Source: an uncultured Chloroflexia bacterium (lineage in GTDB: Bacteria > Chloroflexota > Chloroflexia > QHBQ01 > JADMIH01). Taken from it: a stretch of 64,000 nt of DNA. Every line of letters begins with the position of its first letter. Positions within the stretch are counted from its first letter, which is position 1. Of the stretch, positions 18,639 to 28,210 are shown piece after piece. The stretch covers positions 352,001-416,000 of the forward strand of contig CAWCNY010000005.1 of NCBI GenBank assembly GCA_963797095.1. The letters are read 5' to 3'. The position numbers were made by a program, and so were the translations under genes. The notes below the pieces were generated by a model. The model saw only the letters and a program-made list of their open reading frames with translations. It was not told the origin of the DNA and did not search any database.

Positions 18639-20927
18639 ATGGCAAAGGACTTACAGAAGGCGCGAACCGAAGGCAATGATATTGGTGCGGGTAATGGACA
18701 CGCGCCGTTGGATACTACAGAGAATGGGTTCGCGGATGCGACTACTTCCGTGAACGTACCCGCGATTTCGGGGGCTGATATAGAGGTGTTGCGGCCACGA
18801 AGAAGCCGCTGGCGGGTGGTTTTGCCGGTATTGCTGCTGATCCTGGCGGCGGTGGCTGTGGGATGGTGGTTGCTTAGGCCGGCGAAAGGCGCACAGACAG
18901 TCAACGCGGAGCGCGGCACGATCATATCGACGGTAGAGACAACGGGGAAGTTGCAAGCCGAAACCAGCGCGCAACTGTCGTTCAACAGGTCGGGGCGGGT
19001 TAAGCGGGTGCTGGCGAAAGAGGGGGATACGGTTAAGGCAGGCGACGTGCTGGCCGAGCTGGATACCGAGGACCTGGCAAGGAGCGTGGACCAGGCTGAG
19101 GTGCAACTTGAGATAAGCAAATTGAAGTTGCAACAAGCCCAAGAGGGGTCGCGCGAGGAAGACATAGTTGGGGCCACAGCCGATTTGAACGCGGCTACCG
19201 CCCGTCTGAACAGTGTGAAACAAGGAAGCCGTGCCGAGGATATCGCGGCAGCCCAGGCCGCAGCCAATGAGGCTCAGGCCAGGCTTGATGCCGTGAAGAA
19301 GGGGCCAACGCAGGAGGATATAGCGACTGCGGAAGCGACTTTGCGGCAAGCCCAGGCCAAGCTTGCCGAAGCGCGGCAGCCGGCAACCCCTGAGCAGATC
19401 AGCGGCGCGGAAGCGGCTGTGCGGCAGGCACAGGCGAACTACGACGCTCTCAAGAAGGGAGCAAGCGAGGAGGATCTGGCGGCGGCGCAGGCCGCATTGG
19501 ACCAGGCCAACGCCAACCTCGCGAAGGCGAAGCAAGGTGCCTCACAGGATGATATTGACGCTGCCCAGGCAAAGGTAGACGAAGCCAAAGCGGCTCGCGA
19601 CCAGGTTGCCGCCACGACCAGTAACGCCAAAGAGCAGGCGAGGCTTGACGTGGTGCAGGCGTCCAACGCCCTACAGAATGTGCAGGATGTGTACGGCAAG
19701 ATCAAGGACGAGAACGATCAGAAGAAGCCCCAGGACCTGACCGGTGACGACAAGGACCGCGAGGCCAAAGCCTTGCGAGACGTAAATGACGCCCAGGCCA
19801 GGGTGAACCAGGCTTCGCTCAATTACGACGCGGCAAAGAAGAGCGAGATCGCGCAGCTTGCCCAGGCAGACGCCAACATTCAGGAGGCACAGGCGGCACT
19901 CGACAAGTTGAAGGCCGGACCAACCGCCGAGGATGTTAGCATCGCGCAGGCGGGGGTCGATTCGGCGCAAGCCAAGCTGGATCAGGTGAGAGCAGGACCG
20001 GAGCCGGAGGAGTTGGCGGCAGCGCAGGCGCAGATAGACCAGGCGCAAGCCAACCTCGACCATCTGAAGGCAGGTGGTACGCAAAGCGAGATCGATGCTG
20101 CCCAGGCAGAGGTTGACAAGGCGCAGGCAGCACTCGACAAGCTGAACGCTGGGCCAACCGCAGAAGATGTGAGGGTTGCCACTGAGGAGGTGGCGCAAGC
20201 CCAGGCCAACCTGGATAAGGTCAAGAGCGGGGCCACCCCGGAGGAGTTACAGGAAGCGCAGGCGCAGGTGGACGCCGCCCAGGCAACGCTTGATAAGTTA
20301 AGAGCGGGGCCAACCGACACAGACCTCGCAATCCTTCAGAAACAGATCTTGCTGTCACAAATCTCCCTGGACTCGGCCAACTCACAGCTTGACGATGCAC
20401 AGTTGACCACGCCCATCGCAGGCACGGTGCTGACTATGGGCCTGGACGTGGGTGAGACGGTAGGAGGACTCCAGCAGGTCGCAAGCGTGGCCGACCTGAC
20501 ATCGCTGCGGATCAAGGCGGATATAGATGAGTTGGATATTGGCCGTGTCAGCGTGGGGCAGGCTGTAACGGTAACGCTTGATGCATACCCTGGAGTAAAA
20601 TTGCCGGGCAGGATCGACAAGCTTGCGCCGGGAGCCACTCAGAAGCAGGGGAGCACCGTCTATCAGGCAACAGTCAGTTTCTCTGCAGCGGATGGCGTAG
20701 TGCCACGCGAGGGAATGGCTGCCAACGTGGACGTGACGGCCCAGCGTAAGGACGATGTGCTCCTATTGCCCAACCGCGCCATCGAAACGGTTGGGGACCG
20801 CCAGTATGTAACCATCCGGGACGGCGACACTACGCGCGACGTGGAGATCGAGACCGGCCTCTCGAACAACTCGGAGACCGAGGTAGTGTCCGGTCTAAAT
20901 GAGGGGCAAGCGGTAGTAGTGAGGTAG
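18639..20927 (+). CDS. HlyD/efflux periplasmic adaptor subunit with a greatly extended coiled-coil hairpin
   Basis: Single TM helix; split lipoyl-like motifs SGRVKRVLAKEGDTVKAGDVLAELD and LTTPIAGTV; IDELDIGRVSVGQ; GM...V; ETGLSN...GLNEGQ. Confidence 0.88.
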   Translation: MAKDLQKARTEGNDIGAGNGHAPLDTTENGFADATTSVNVPAISGADIEVLRPRRSRWRVVLPVLLLILAAVAVGWWLLRPAKGAQTVNAERGTIISTVETTGKLQAETSAQLSFNRSGRVKRVLAKEGDTVKAGDVLAELDTEDLARSVDQAEVQLEISKLKLQQAQEGSREEDIVGATADLNAATARLNSVKQGSRAEDIAAAQAAANEAQARLDAVKKGPTQEDIATAEATLRQAQAKLAEARQPATPEQISGAEAAVRQAQANYDALKKGASEEDLAAAQAALDQANANLAKAKQGASQDDIDAAQAKVDEAKAARDQVAATTSNAKEQARLDVVQASNALQNVQDVYGKIKDENDQKKPQDLTGDDKDREAKALRDVNDAQARVNQASLNYDAAKKSEIAQLAQADANIQEAQAALDKLKAGPTAEDVSIAQAGVDSAQAKLDQVRAGPEPEELAAAQAQIDQAQANLDHLKAGGTQSEIDAAQAEVDKAQAALDKLNAGPTAEDVRVATEEVAQAQANLDKVKSGATPEELQEAQAQVDAAQATLDKLRAGPTDTDLAILQKQILLSQISLDSANSQLDDAQLTTPIAGTVLTMGLDVGETVGGLQQVASVADLTSLRIKADIDELDIGRVSVGQAVTVTLDAYPGVKLPGRIDKLAPGATQKQGSTVYQATVSFSAADGVVPREGMAANVDVTAQRKDDVLLLPNRAIETVGDRQYVTIRDGDTTRDVEIETGLSNNSETEVVSGLNEGQAVVVR

Positions 20928-21007
20928 AGGGTGGTTGGCGGTAGTCGGAAGGAACCAGATAATGTTCGCCTTGAAGCCGCGATTTGTAGGCGGGAACTGA
21001 TTGGAAA

Positions 21008-22174
21008 ATGAGCGCGACCTTCACGGTAGTGGATCTTATGCGTGCCGGTGGGCCGCTGCAAGGGGCCAGGATATTAGCAGGCGAGGAAGGCCTGGGTAAT
21101 GCTGTGGTCTGGGCGGTTACGCTCAGGCCATACGCGCCCACGATCCCACCCATGAAGGGCGGCGAGATTGCGCTGACCGGAGCCGATACATTGGCCCGGC
21201 AGGGCATAAGTCAGGCGAGCGTGATCGAGAGGTTGGCTCAGTTGGGGGCCTCGGGCTTCGCGATCAAAGGCGAAGTGGAGAGCGATGCAATGGAGGCGGC
21301 CCGGCGCGTGACACTGCCGATCCTCAAAATCGCAGGTGAGACCGCCCTGCACGAAATCGAGCAGGAGATCATCAGAGAATGTGTGATGTTCCAGGCGCGA
21401 CGCGAAGTATCAGCGCCGCAGGAGCCGTGGGGCTGGATCGGAGTGCTGGTGTCAGGACAAGATGTGTCGCCTATCGAATTGCAGGCCCAGGCCCGGCGAG
21501 ACGGCTACAATCTCCCGGCGAGCGTGTCGGTGGCCTACCTTGTCCCTTTGGGTAACGAGCCGAAATCAAATGAGGTCGCAGGGCTTGTCGCATCCATTGC
21601 CAGGCAGCGAGATAAACGTGAGCCGAGCCCGGCTGTATGCACGTATGAAGATGGGGTGCTGGCGATACTGCCCCCTGGGAGCAGCGATTCTGTGCTGGCA
21701 CACGACGGATGGGCCTGTGGCATCGGCACGGAAAGATCGCTTGTGCAGGCGGCCATTTCGCTGGAGGAAGCTCGAATAGCCGCTCTGGTATCGGCCCGGC
21801 TGAACGATGGAGCGCCTGTCAGGTACGGCCGGATGGGGATGGATCTGTTGCTCATCACCCTGTACAGAGAGAAAGGGGGTGAGTTGCAAGCCTTTGTACA
21901 GGAGACACTGGGGCCACTGCTGGAACACGACCTCAACAACGCCACGCAGCTCCTGCCTACCATCGAAGTGTTCGCAGGCCACGCGGGGCGATTGCGCGAG
22001 ACAGCGAGTGAGATATACATCCATCGCAACACACTCGCTTATCGCCTCGAACGTGCCGCCGACATCCTGGGGAAAGACCTGAAAGACCCGCATACACTGT
22101 TGAACATCGCCGTAGCACTGCGAGCTAGAAAATTACTGGAAGGGAGAGAAGCAAAGAATGATTCAGATCGGTAA
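21008..22174 (+). CDS. PucR/CdaR family transcriptional regulator
   Basis: N-terminal ILAGEEGL...VVWA...GGEIALT PucR-like domain; C-terminal HTH IYIHRNTLAYRLER. Confidence 0.88.
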   Translation: MSATFTVVDLMRAGGPLQGARILAGEEGLGNAVVWAVTLRPYAPTIPPMKGGEIALTGADTLARQGISQASVIERLAQLGASGFAIKGEVESDAMEAARRVTLPILKIAGETALHEIEQEIIRECVMFQARREVSAPQEPWGWIGVLVSGQDVSPIELQAQARRDGYNLPASVSVAYLVPLGNEPKSNEVAGLVASIARQRDKREPSPAVCTYEDGVLAILPPGSSDSVLAHDGWACGIGTERSLVQAAISLEEARIAALVSARLNDGAPVRYGRMGMDLLLITLYREKGGELQAFVQETLGPLLEHDLNNATQLLPTIEVFAGHAGRLRETASEIYIHRNTLAYRLERAADILGKDLKDPHTLLNIAVALRARKLLEGREAKNDSDR

Positions 22175-22197
22175 TTTAGCTGCTTCGGCGAGGGATC

Positions 22198-22920
22198 ATG
22201 TATTACGACCAATCAGCTTATGACATCCGCTGCGAGTGGGCTGCCGCCGGGATTGCCCATCTTGCGCCTGCCTGCGATGTGGTCATTATTGTGGATGTGC
22301 TGTCGTTCTCGACGTGCATTGATGTGGCGGTTGGACGTGGCGCGGAGGTATTTCCCTTCCCATGGGGAGGCCACGCGCTTGATGAGTTCGTCGCGAAAGT
22401 TGGGGGAGTAGCAGCAAGCTCAAGGCGTGGCGAAAGGGGGCGCTATACCCTCTCTCCGGCATCCCTGGAGAAGATACCCACCAGTACGAGGCTCGTGCTG
22501 CCTTCGCCCAATGGGGCAGCCTTATCACTGGCGACGGGCGCAACGCCTACTTTAGCTGGGTGCTTGCGTAACGCGCGCAGCGTGGCTGAGACCGCTTTGA
22601 CCATAGGACAGAACATACTGGTTGTGCCGGCAGGCGAACGCTGGGGCCCTGGCACATTACGCCCGGCCATCGAGGACCTGATCGGGGCGGGAGCTATCAT
22701 TAAGTACCTTGCAGAAGACGCTGCGGTATCGCCCGAAGCGCAGGTGGCCCGCAGTGCATACGAGGCAGAGTGGGATACACTCTATGGGCGGCTGGCGGCA
22801 TCCAGTTCGGGCAGGGAGCTAATCGAACGAGGGTTCCGAAAGGATGTTGAGATGGCTGCCGAGTTGAATTGTAGCGATTGCGCGCCCATACTACGGGACG
22901 GCGCTTACGTTAGAAGCTAG
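22198..22920 (+). CDS. 2-phosphosulfolactate phosphatase (ComB) family protein
   Basis: IIVDVLSFST, LSPASL, LPSPNG, GCLRNA, PAGERW, RPAIEDLIGAGAI, SGREL. Confidence 0.85.
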   Translation: MYYDQSAYDIRCEWAAAGIAHLAPACDVVIIVDVLSFSTCIDVAVGRGAEVFPFPWGGHALDEFVAKVGGVAASSRRGERGRYTLSPASLEKIPTSTRLVLPSPNGAALSLATGATPTLAGCLRNARSVAETALTIGQNILVVPAGERWGPGTLRPAIEDLIGAGAIIKYLAEDAAVSPEAQVARSAYEAEWDTLYGRLAASSSGRELIERGFRKDVEMAAELNCSDCAPILRDGAYVRS

Positions 22921-25900
22921 CTCAGGCTCTTCAAGTTCTCCAGAATGGCTCTTACTCCGATCTTGCGGGCTGTGCTCGTCCTCGGCTTCCGACCACGGAA
23001 CCGAGCCATCGTCGTACCAGGCCTGGGCAAATAACCTGGGTATCGTCCCATCATCCGCCATTTCCAACCCGCACCTGACCGCGAAGTCGGCACAGTAGCG
23101 GCGGAAGATAGCGCGTAGCTCCTTCCCGTCGTCTTCGCCAAGTGTGCTGTAAGTGTAGAAGCCGATCAGCTTGCCTTCGCGGTTTATGCCTATTAGCTTG
23201 CGCCCGATCACCCTATCCACACCGTCGTAGGCGTAGACAACACGCTTGTTCAATTCACAGGCGTTGGCGACAGTGGAGAATGAGTTGAACTGCTCAAAAG
23301 AGAGGCAGGTATCGAAGTAGTTGCCCATCTGAAGCACGCCGAGAGGATCGCGTTCAAGCAATAAGCGCACTTTGCCTCCGGCCACTCCCCGGCAAGCGTA
23401 TTTCCTGGGATTGGCCGACAGCCATAACTGAGTATCCACGCCTGTCCCGGCAAGTTTGGACAGGTAACGAACATTGGCCGGGTGGTGCTCATGCCAGCGG
23501 CGATCACCGCGCAAGTAGGCACGCAAGAGGCGTGTTAGCAATTTCCGGTTCGAGTCGACATCACCCAGCAAGAGGGTAGCGTTCACCAGGTCGTCGGTGA
23601 TCAAGAGGTCGGGTGGGAGAGGTCCGGCTAGACCCTGGAGTCGGATAGAGTAGCATTCCAGGATTTTCTTCTCGGCGGCTGCTATGTGTGCCTCGGCTTC
23701 CACCTGCCCCAGGCGCTCCTCGATTTCGACGCGCACCTCTGACATGAGCTTGCTGTCGTTTGCAAGGCGGGAGCGAAGGCTGGCAGCGCGGGAGCTCAGA
23801 TCGGAGCGGGCGCGATCTGCTTCAAGTTTGTGCTCAATGTAGGCTAGCTCGCCGGCGATCTTCTGCGGCTGCTCAAGCGCCTTGCGTACGCCTGGCGGGA
23901 CGGCCTCGGAAGCTTCGCGAGTGCGCTGAGCCAGCAGATAAGAGCGGGCTACTTCGTCCACGCTCGGCGCGGCGTCGATCACTGCCTGCCACTCGACCGG
24001 CAAACTGATTCCTTCGAGGGAGTTGCCTTCGAGGTAGTTGAGTGGGGCTGTAAATTCGGGGCCAAGTTTGGAGGCGAAGCCGATCTTGACTGCCAGGTCA
24101 AGGCAGCGGTGGGGTTGGAGAGGGAAGATGCGGGCAAGCGCGCGCCCCAGGATCGGGAAATTGCGTAAGACTGTGGCCGCATTGCTTACTTGAGCGGTGT
24201 TGCGGTCGAACTGGTGACTGAGAGCAGTAAGGGCTATTCGCTCGAAGGAAGGATAGTCATCGCCCGCAAGCACCACACCAAGAGGCACTATCAGGCGCAA
24301 ATCAAATGCTGTCCGTGTCAGGTCCGCGCCGGGAGGTATTTCCCGGACAAGCGCGGTTATGAGATCGCCAAACCAGCGCAAGCCGGTATCTCCGAGCGAC
24401 TTATCCAGGGCTGCCACTATTTGAACAAGCTCGTATGGCATGGCGTGGTCGCCGTCCAGAAATGGGGTCATGCTGGGTATGTAACGAGCCCATTGGCGGG
24501 CCTTGTTATGCGCCTCGGCAGCACGCGAGGGCAAGGCTTCGAGGAAGGATTCGAGGAGTGCACCCCTCGACATAAGGGGCGATTGGAGGATTGCATTAGT
24601 GAGGGATACGAGGCTCTGCCGCGCCTCCTTCGCAGTAGCAAAACTGATGCGCGCCAGGGCGTTAGCTATACCCCAGGCATGGTTAGTGCTGCTGAAGTCG
24701 TCCACGAGGGAAAGTACAAACCTGAATATGTCAAGGTCTTTGAAGCGTTGAAAGGCAAGCAAATAGACTGCATCCAGCTTGAACGCTCGTCGAACAAGGT
24801 CGGGATCACGAGCGTTCTGGAGGGCCTGACCTATACGGTCCAGATCCTGGGACTGCACACGCGCCAATCTCGCACTCAGATGAAGGTCCTCTACCTGGTC
24901 GAGGCCATCCCAGATGAGATCGCGCTCCTCATGAAGGAGGCGCAGGTAAGAACCACGTAGCTCCAGGGGGAGATTCAAGCCTGCGGTAAGAGCAGCCACT
25001 GTAGCGTCGCCGAGGGCTGTGTGATATTGGGGTCGAAGATAGATGATATCGGACGCGAGTACCAGAGCATAATTCACTACGGTGGGATCAGCCGATTCAT
25101 TGGCGTATCTATGGACCAGGGCTACCAGAGTGCTGATGGTCTGGGCACGCTCGTTGCGGAGATTAGAAGCGGCCTCGGCGCGCGATGGTATGTGCTTATA
25201 AGGGGGTAATGCTGCGCGGTAATTGCCTATATGGTCGGCCAGGGGCGCAATTTCGGCACAGGCGCTGCACAGTTCGATCATGGTAGTCGCCGCCACGCCG
25301 CGCCACAATAGAGTACGGAGAGAGGTGCTATCGGGCAGGTAGGCGGCTGCGAAAGCGCAGAGAGCTTGATAGCGCTCGGCAAGCTCGGCGCTGCCCGTTT
25401 CCAGTAGAGCTACCAGGAGGGGAGGGTCTTCTGATAGGCCGTGGTGAGTACCCCAATCGTATGAAAGCATCTGACAGCGATCAGGGAAAACGGGGTTCGC
25501 GGTGTCCCACTTACCGGCCTTGCGAAGAGCGCCCAGCCGGAGGGCCGCAAGCGCCCTGGCGATGGGCAATTCTTCCGGATCTGACGACAACGAGAGCAAA
25601 GGACGGACAGCATGGGTGCCGCAAGACAGGAGGGCGGATGAAGGGGATTCAGGTAATGGGTTGAGACAGTACGCCTCGGCAACAAGCAATGAGGCTAGAT
25701 GGTGCAAGGTAGGTTCGGCGCTTTGCTGAAGTGATTGAGGAGAGCAGAGCGCCTCCAGGTCAGGCTCCTGGATGACTGATAGGCGCTTGGCGACAGTCAG
25801 GCGTTCAAAGCGGCGGGCCAGCCAGGCAGCAGTATCGCCAAGAGCCTGGCGTGAGGCACGCGGATAGCCCGCGATCTGCTTCAGTCTGCGCTGGGCAAGC

Positions 25901-26082
25901 GCGATCAGGTGGCGATTGGGAACGACCGTACCTCGATCTAGCTCCCAGACCACGCGCCCATCGCGCCAGTAGGGATTGCCCTCAAGCCAGGCTGTTTCGC
26001 CGGCCATGGCGCGCACAGCCAGCACCCGCTTGCGATAGCGGCGGGACCCGGGGCGACTCTGCTTCAGATAGCGGTCATCCAT
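22891..26082 (-). CDS. Large hypothetical protein with a C-terminal DPL-x-MG-x-TCLS-x-N-x-NKRV domain
   Basis: More than 1060 uninterrupted codons. Start moved to ATG at 26082 because the upstream extension is heptamer repeat. No family recognised with confidence. Confidence 0.7.
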   Translation of the reverse strand: MDDRYLKQSRPGSRRYRKRVLAVRAMAGETAWLEGNPYWRDGRVVWELDRGTVVPNRHLIALAQRRLKQIAGYPRASRQALGDTAAWLARRFERLTVAKRLSVIQEPDLEALCSPQSLQQSAEPTLHHLASLLVAEAYCLNPLPESPSSALLSCGTHAVRPLLSLSSDPEELPIARALAALRLGALRKAGKWDTANPVFPDRCQMLSYDWGTHHGLSEDPPLLVALLETGSAELAERYQALCAFAAAYLPDSTSLRTLLWRGVAATTMIELCSACAEIAPLADHIGNYRAALPPYKHIPSRAEAASNLRNERAQTISTLVALVHRYANESADPTVVNYALVLASDIIYLRPQYHTALGDATVAALTAGLNLPLELRGSYLRLLHEERDLIWDGLDQVEDLHLSARLARVQSQDLDRIGQALQNARDPDLVRRAFKLDAVYLLAFQRFKDLDIFRFVLSLVDDFSSTNHAWGIANALARISFATAKEARQSLVSLTNAILQSPLMSRGALLESFLEALPSRAAEAHNKARQWARYIPSMTPFLDGDHAMPYELVQIVAALDKSLGDTGLRWFGDLITALVREIPPGADLTRTAFDLRLIVPLGVVLAGDDYPSFERIALTALSHQFDRNTAQVSNAATVLRNFPILGRALARIFPLQPHRCLDLAVKIGFASKLGPEFTAPLNYLEGNSLEGISLPVEWQAVIDAAPSVDEVARSYLLAQRTREASEAVPPGVRKALEQPQKIAGELAYIEHKLEADRARSDLSSRAASLRSRLANDSKLMSEVRVEIEERLGQVEAEAHIAAAEKKILECYSIRLQGLAGPLPPDLLITDDLVNATLLLGDVDSNRKLLTRLLRAYLRGDRRWHEHHPANVRYLSKLAGTGVDTQLWLSANPRKYACRGVAGGKVRLLLERDPLGVLQMGNYFDTCLSFEQFNSFSTVANACELNKRVVYAYDGVDRVIGRKLIGINREGKLIGFYTYSTLGEDDGKELRAIFRRYCADFAVRCGLEMADDGTIPRLFAQAWYDDGSVPWSEAEDEHSPQDRSKSHSGELEEPELASNVSAVP

Positions 26083-26207
26083 GGCGAGAGGGAAGTTCCA
26101 AGTTGCTAATTCCTGGTTTCTGGGTCCTGGTTTCTTGTTCAACAGGCAAAGTTGCCATACAGGTAAATGAGCAACTTGGAACTAGCAACTAGGAACCCAA
26201 AAATCGG

Positions 26208-26301
26208 CGGGAGTGCATGGGAGTCGAACCCACCTGCGCCACTCTGCGTAACGCACAGCAGTTTTGAAGACTGTGAAGCCCACCGGGACCTTTCCACTCC
26301 C
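26208..26301 (-). tRNA. selC: tRNA-Sec (anticodon UCA)
   Basis: GGGAGTGG-AA-AGGTCC-CGGT-GGGCTT-CACAGT-CTTCAAA-ACTGCTG-(8-bp variable stem)-G-GTGGG-TTCGACT-CCCAT-GCACTCCC-G. The 6-bp D stem with CGGU loop, UCA anticodon, long variable arm and G discriminator match bacterial tRNA-Sec. CCA is not encoded (CCG follows). Confidence 0.92.
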
Positions 26302-26307
26302 ACATAA

Positions 26308-26337
26308 AGGATACGCAATGGGGTGCTGAAGCGTCAA
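26308..26337 (-). promoter_or_regulatory. Probable promoter of selC
   Basis: Minus strand TTGACG-N18-TATCCT ending 6 nt before tRNA base 1. Confidence 0.55.
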
Positions 26338-26391
26338 GAGTTGTCGGTGGATCACGAATGATAGACGAGGGCGTTTTTCGAACTCGTGCTC

Positions 26392-27159
26392 TTATGGGTC
26401 ATGGGTGTTGAACTCTTGAAGGGGAGGCCTCAGGCTGGAGGCAAGGGCGGGATCCCGTGCGGCCACTTCGGTGAGGTAGCAATCTGTGGCCGAGGCCAGC
26501 GCCCTGCGTAAGTCGGGATCGTCTATAGAGCGGACAAGGGAGTCCGCCAGGGGATCGGTTACGGCAGCAGGGAGGCGATCTAAGCCACGCCCGTCGTTGG
26601 GGGCTTCTCCCAGGCGGAGGCAAGCCAGGACAAGCACTTCGTCGCGAGTGCTGCTGATCCAGTATTCAGCCTGCCAGGGCTTGCCGCGTTCAATGGCCGA
26701 GTGGGCATGAAGGATGTGGTGCCAGCCGAGCCCGGCGTGATAGCGAAACTGCGAGGCTGATTTGGCGTCTGTAGAAGGAGGAGGCTCATACTTCGAGTCC
26801 GCACCAAAAAGGGTACGAAAGCGCGGACCACGCGCGCCATAGTCGCGCTCAGGGGTGACCGATGCATCGATCTCCAGGCCGTTGGGCAGGAGGAAGACGC
26901 GATAGATGCTTGTGTTGAACGGCAGGTCCCAGTAGTGAAGCGCGCCTAATTCGTGGGTGAACTTCTCGGTCCAGTCGGTGAGGACGGCCTCGACCGGGAC
27001 GCCATCGACCACAGCGAAGGTGATATCTATGTCGGACCACCTGTCTCCCGCGTCAACCGACGTGGAACCGACCAGCGCAGCCGCCGTGATACGCGGATCG
27101 GCTTTCGCTAACTCAATGATGTATTCGCGGATAGTGTCGCGTTCTTGTTCGGTGAACAT
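26392..27159 (-). CDS. Nucleotidyltransferase domain protein (pol-beta superfamily, antibiotic-nucleotidyltransferase-like architecture)
   Basis: ALVGSTSVDAGDRWSDIDI (GS...DxD), LEIDAS, and a helical C-terminal domain (AIERGKPWQAEY). Confidence 0.75.
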   Translation of the reverse strand: MFTEQERDTIREYIIELAKADPRITAAALVGSTSVDAGDRWSDIDITFAVVDGVPVEAVLTDWTEKFTHELGALHYWDLPFNTSIYRVFLLPNGLEIDASVTPERDYGARGPRFRTLFGADSKYEPPPSTDAKSASQFRYHAGLGWHHILHAHSAIERGKPWQAEYWISSTRDEVLVLACLRLGEAPNDGRGLDRLPAAVTDPLADSLVRSIDDPDLRRALASATDCYLTEVAARDPALASSLRPPLQEFNTHDP

Positions 27160-27168
27160 CTGGGCCTT

Positions 27169-28107
27169 TCATTCACGCGCTTCTTTGGCCGTGATGACAC
27201 TTTGCAGGAACGTTATCGGCTCCCAACCCCGGCTCTGCCACTCACGGAAATCGTGGCCCATGCGCGAGGCTACGCCGGTCGCAAGGCGCTGTGCAAGTTC
27301 ATAGGCGCGATCTCTCGATAGCTCGCCACGGCTCCAGCGCGCCAGCATCTCGCGGATCAGACGGTAGTCGTCGGGCAGCACATCACGCAAGGAGATGCCG
27401 GGGAGAGGATCGTAGCGCTGGACGACTGGAGGCTCAGGGCTGCAGTACTCTGGAGAGGCTTGTGCCGGTTGGGAAGTGTAGGGCGATTGGGCGTAGGAAG
27501 TTGAGGATGCGTTGGTGCTGAGCGCACCGTATGAGGCGGAGGCATAGACAGGCTGGGATGCGAGCGCAGGAGTTACTGGGGTGGTGGGCACGCGCACATC
27601 GGCGAGGCGGGTAAGGTCGCCTTCGCGAATCACAATGGTGCCCGCAGCGAGGTCGCCCAGGCGGCAGGCGTCCTTGTTGATGAACATGGTGATCAGGCCG
27701 ATGCCGTAGAAGCCGGGAAGGAAATCGATCAGCCGCACGAGATTGCGTATCATTACCTCGCCCGCACGTACCGGCTGGCCGTCGCGCCTGATCACACGCA
27801 GACGACCAAGGCGCTTGCCGGGGGTCTGGCCGTTCCAGATCGTCTCAAACAGCACGAAATAGCCCCAAAATATGGCGAACGAGATGATCGTCATTGTGGC
27901 GAGGACAATGTAGACGCTGGCATCATCGCCGCCCCCGTTGATCAAGGCGCTCAGGAAGATGCCATAGATGGCGCAGTTGACCAACACGAAGGCGGTGATC
28001 AGAACGAGGTGGTCGATAAGAGCAGCCACGAAACGCGAGCCAATACCCGCCATTTCGTAATGGAAGGCTACCTGTTCGGGTGTGGAGATGGTTAGTTGCT
28101 CGTCCAT
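27169..28107 (-). CDS. RDD family membrane protein
   Basis: TPEQV...AGIGSRFVAALID, GQTPGKR, RNLVRLIDFLP, RLGDLAAGT. Confidence 0.9.
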   Translation of the reverse strand: MDEQLTISTPEQVAFHYEMAGIGSRFVAALIDHLVLITAFVLVNCAIYGIFLSALINGGGDDASVYIVLATMTIISFAIFWGYFVLFETIWNGQTPGKRLGRLRVIRRDGQPVRAGEVMIRNLVRLIDFLPGFYGIGLITMFINKDACRLGDLAAGTIVIREGDLTRLADVRVPTTPVTPALASQPVYASASYGALSTNASSTSYAQSPYTSQPAQASPEYCSPEPPVVQRYDPLPGISLRDVLPDDYRLIREMLARWSRGELSRDRAYELAQRLATGVASRMGHDFREWQSRGWEPITFLQSVITAKEARE

Positions 28108-28210
28108 TAGGTGTTGGTGCGTACTTCGTACTGCTTACTGCTTACTGGGTGCCTGAGTTGAGGGCTGGGTAGTGCCTGTGGTGACTGATCCTTATGGTAC
28201 AATAAATGAC

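Noticed and set aside
22891-26301. Integrative element or prophage at selC
   Set aside because: No integrase, no phage genes and no repeated tRNA 3' end seen in the window.
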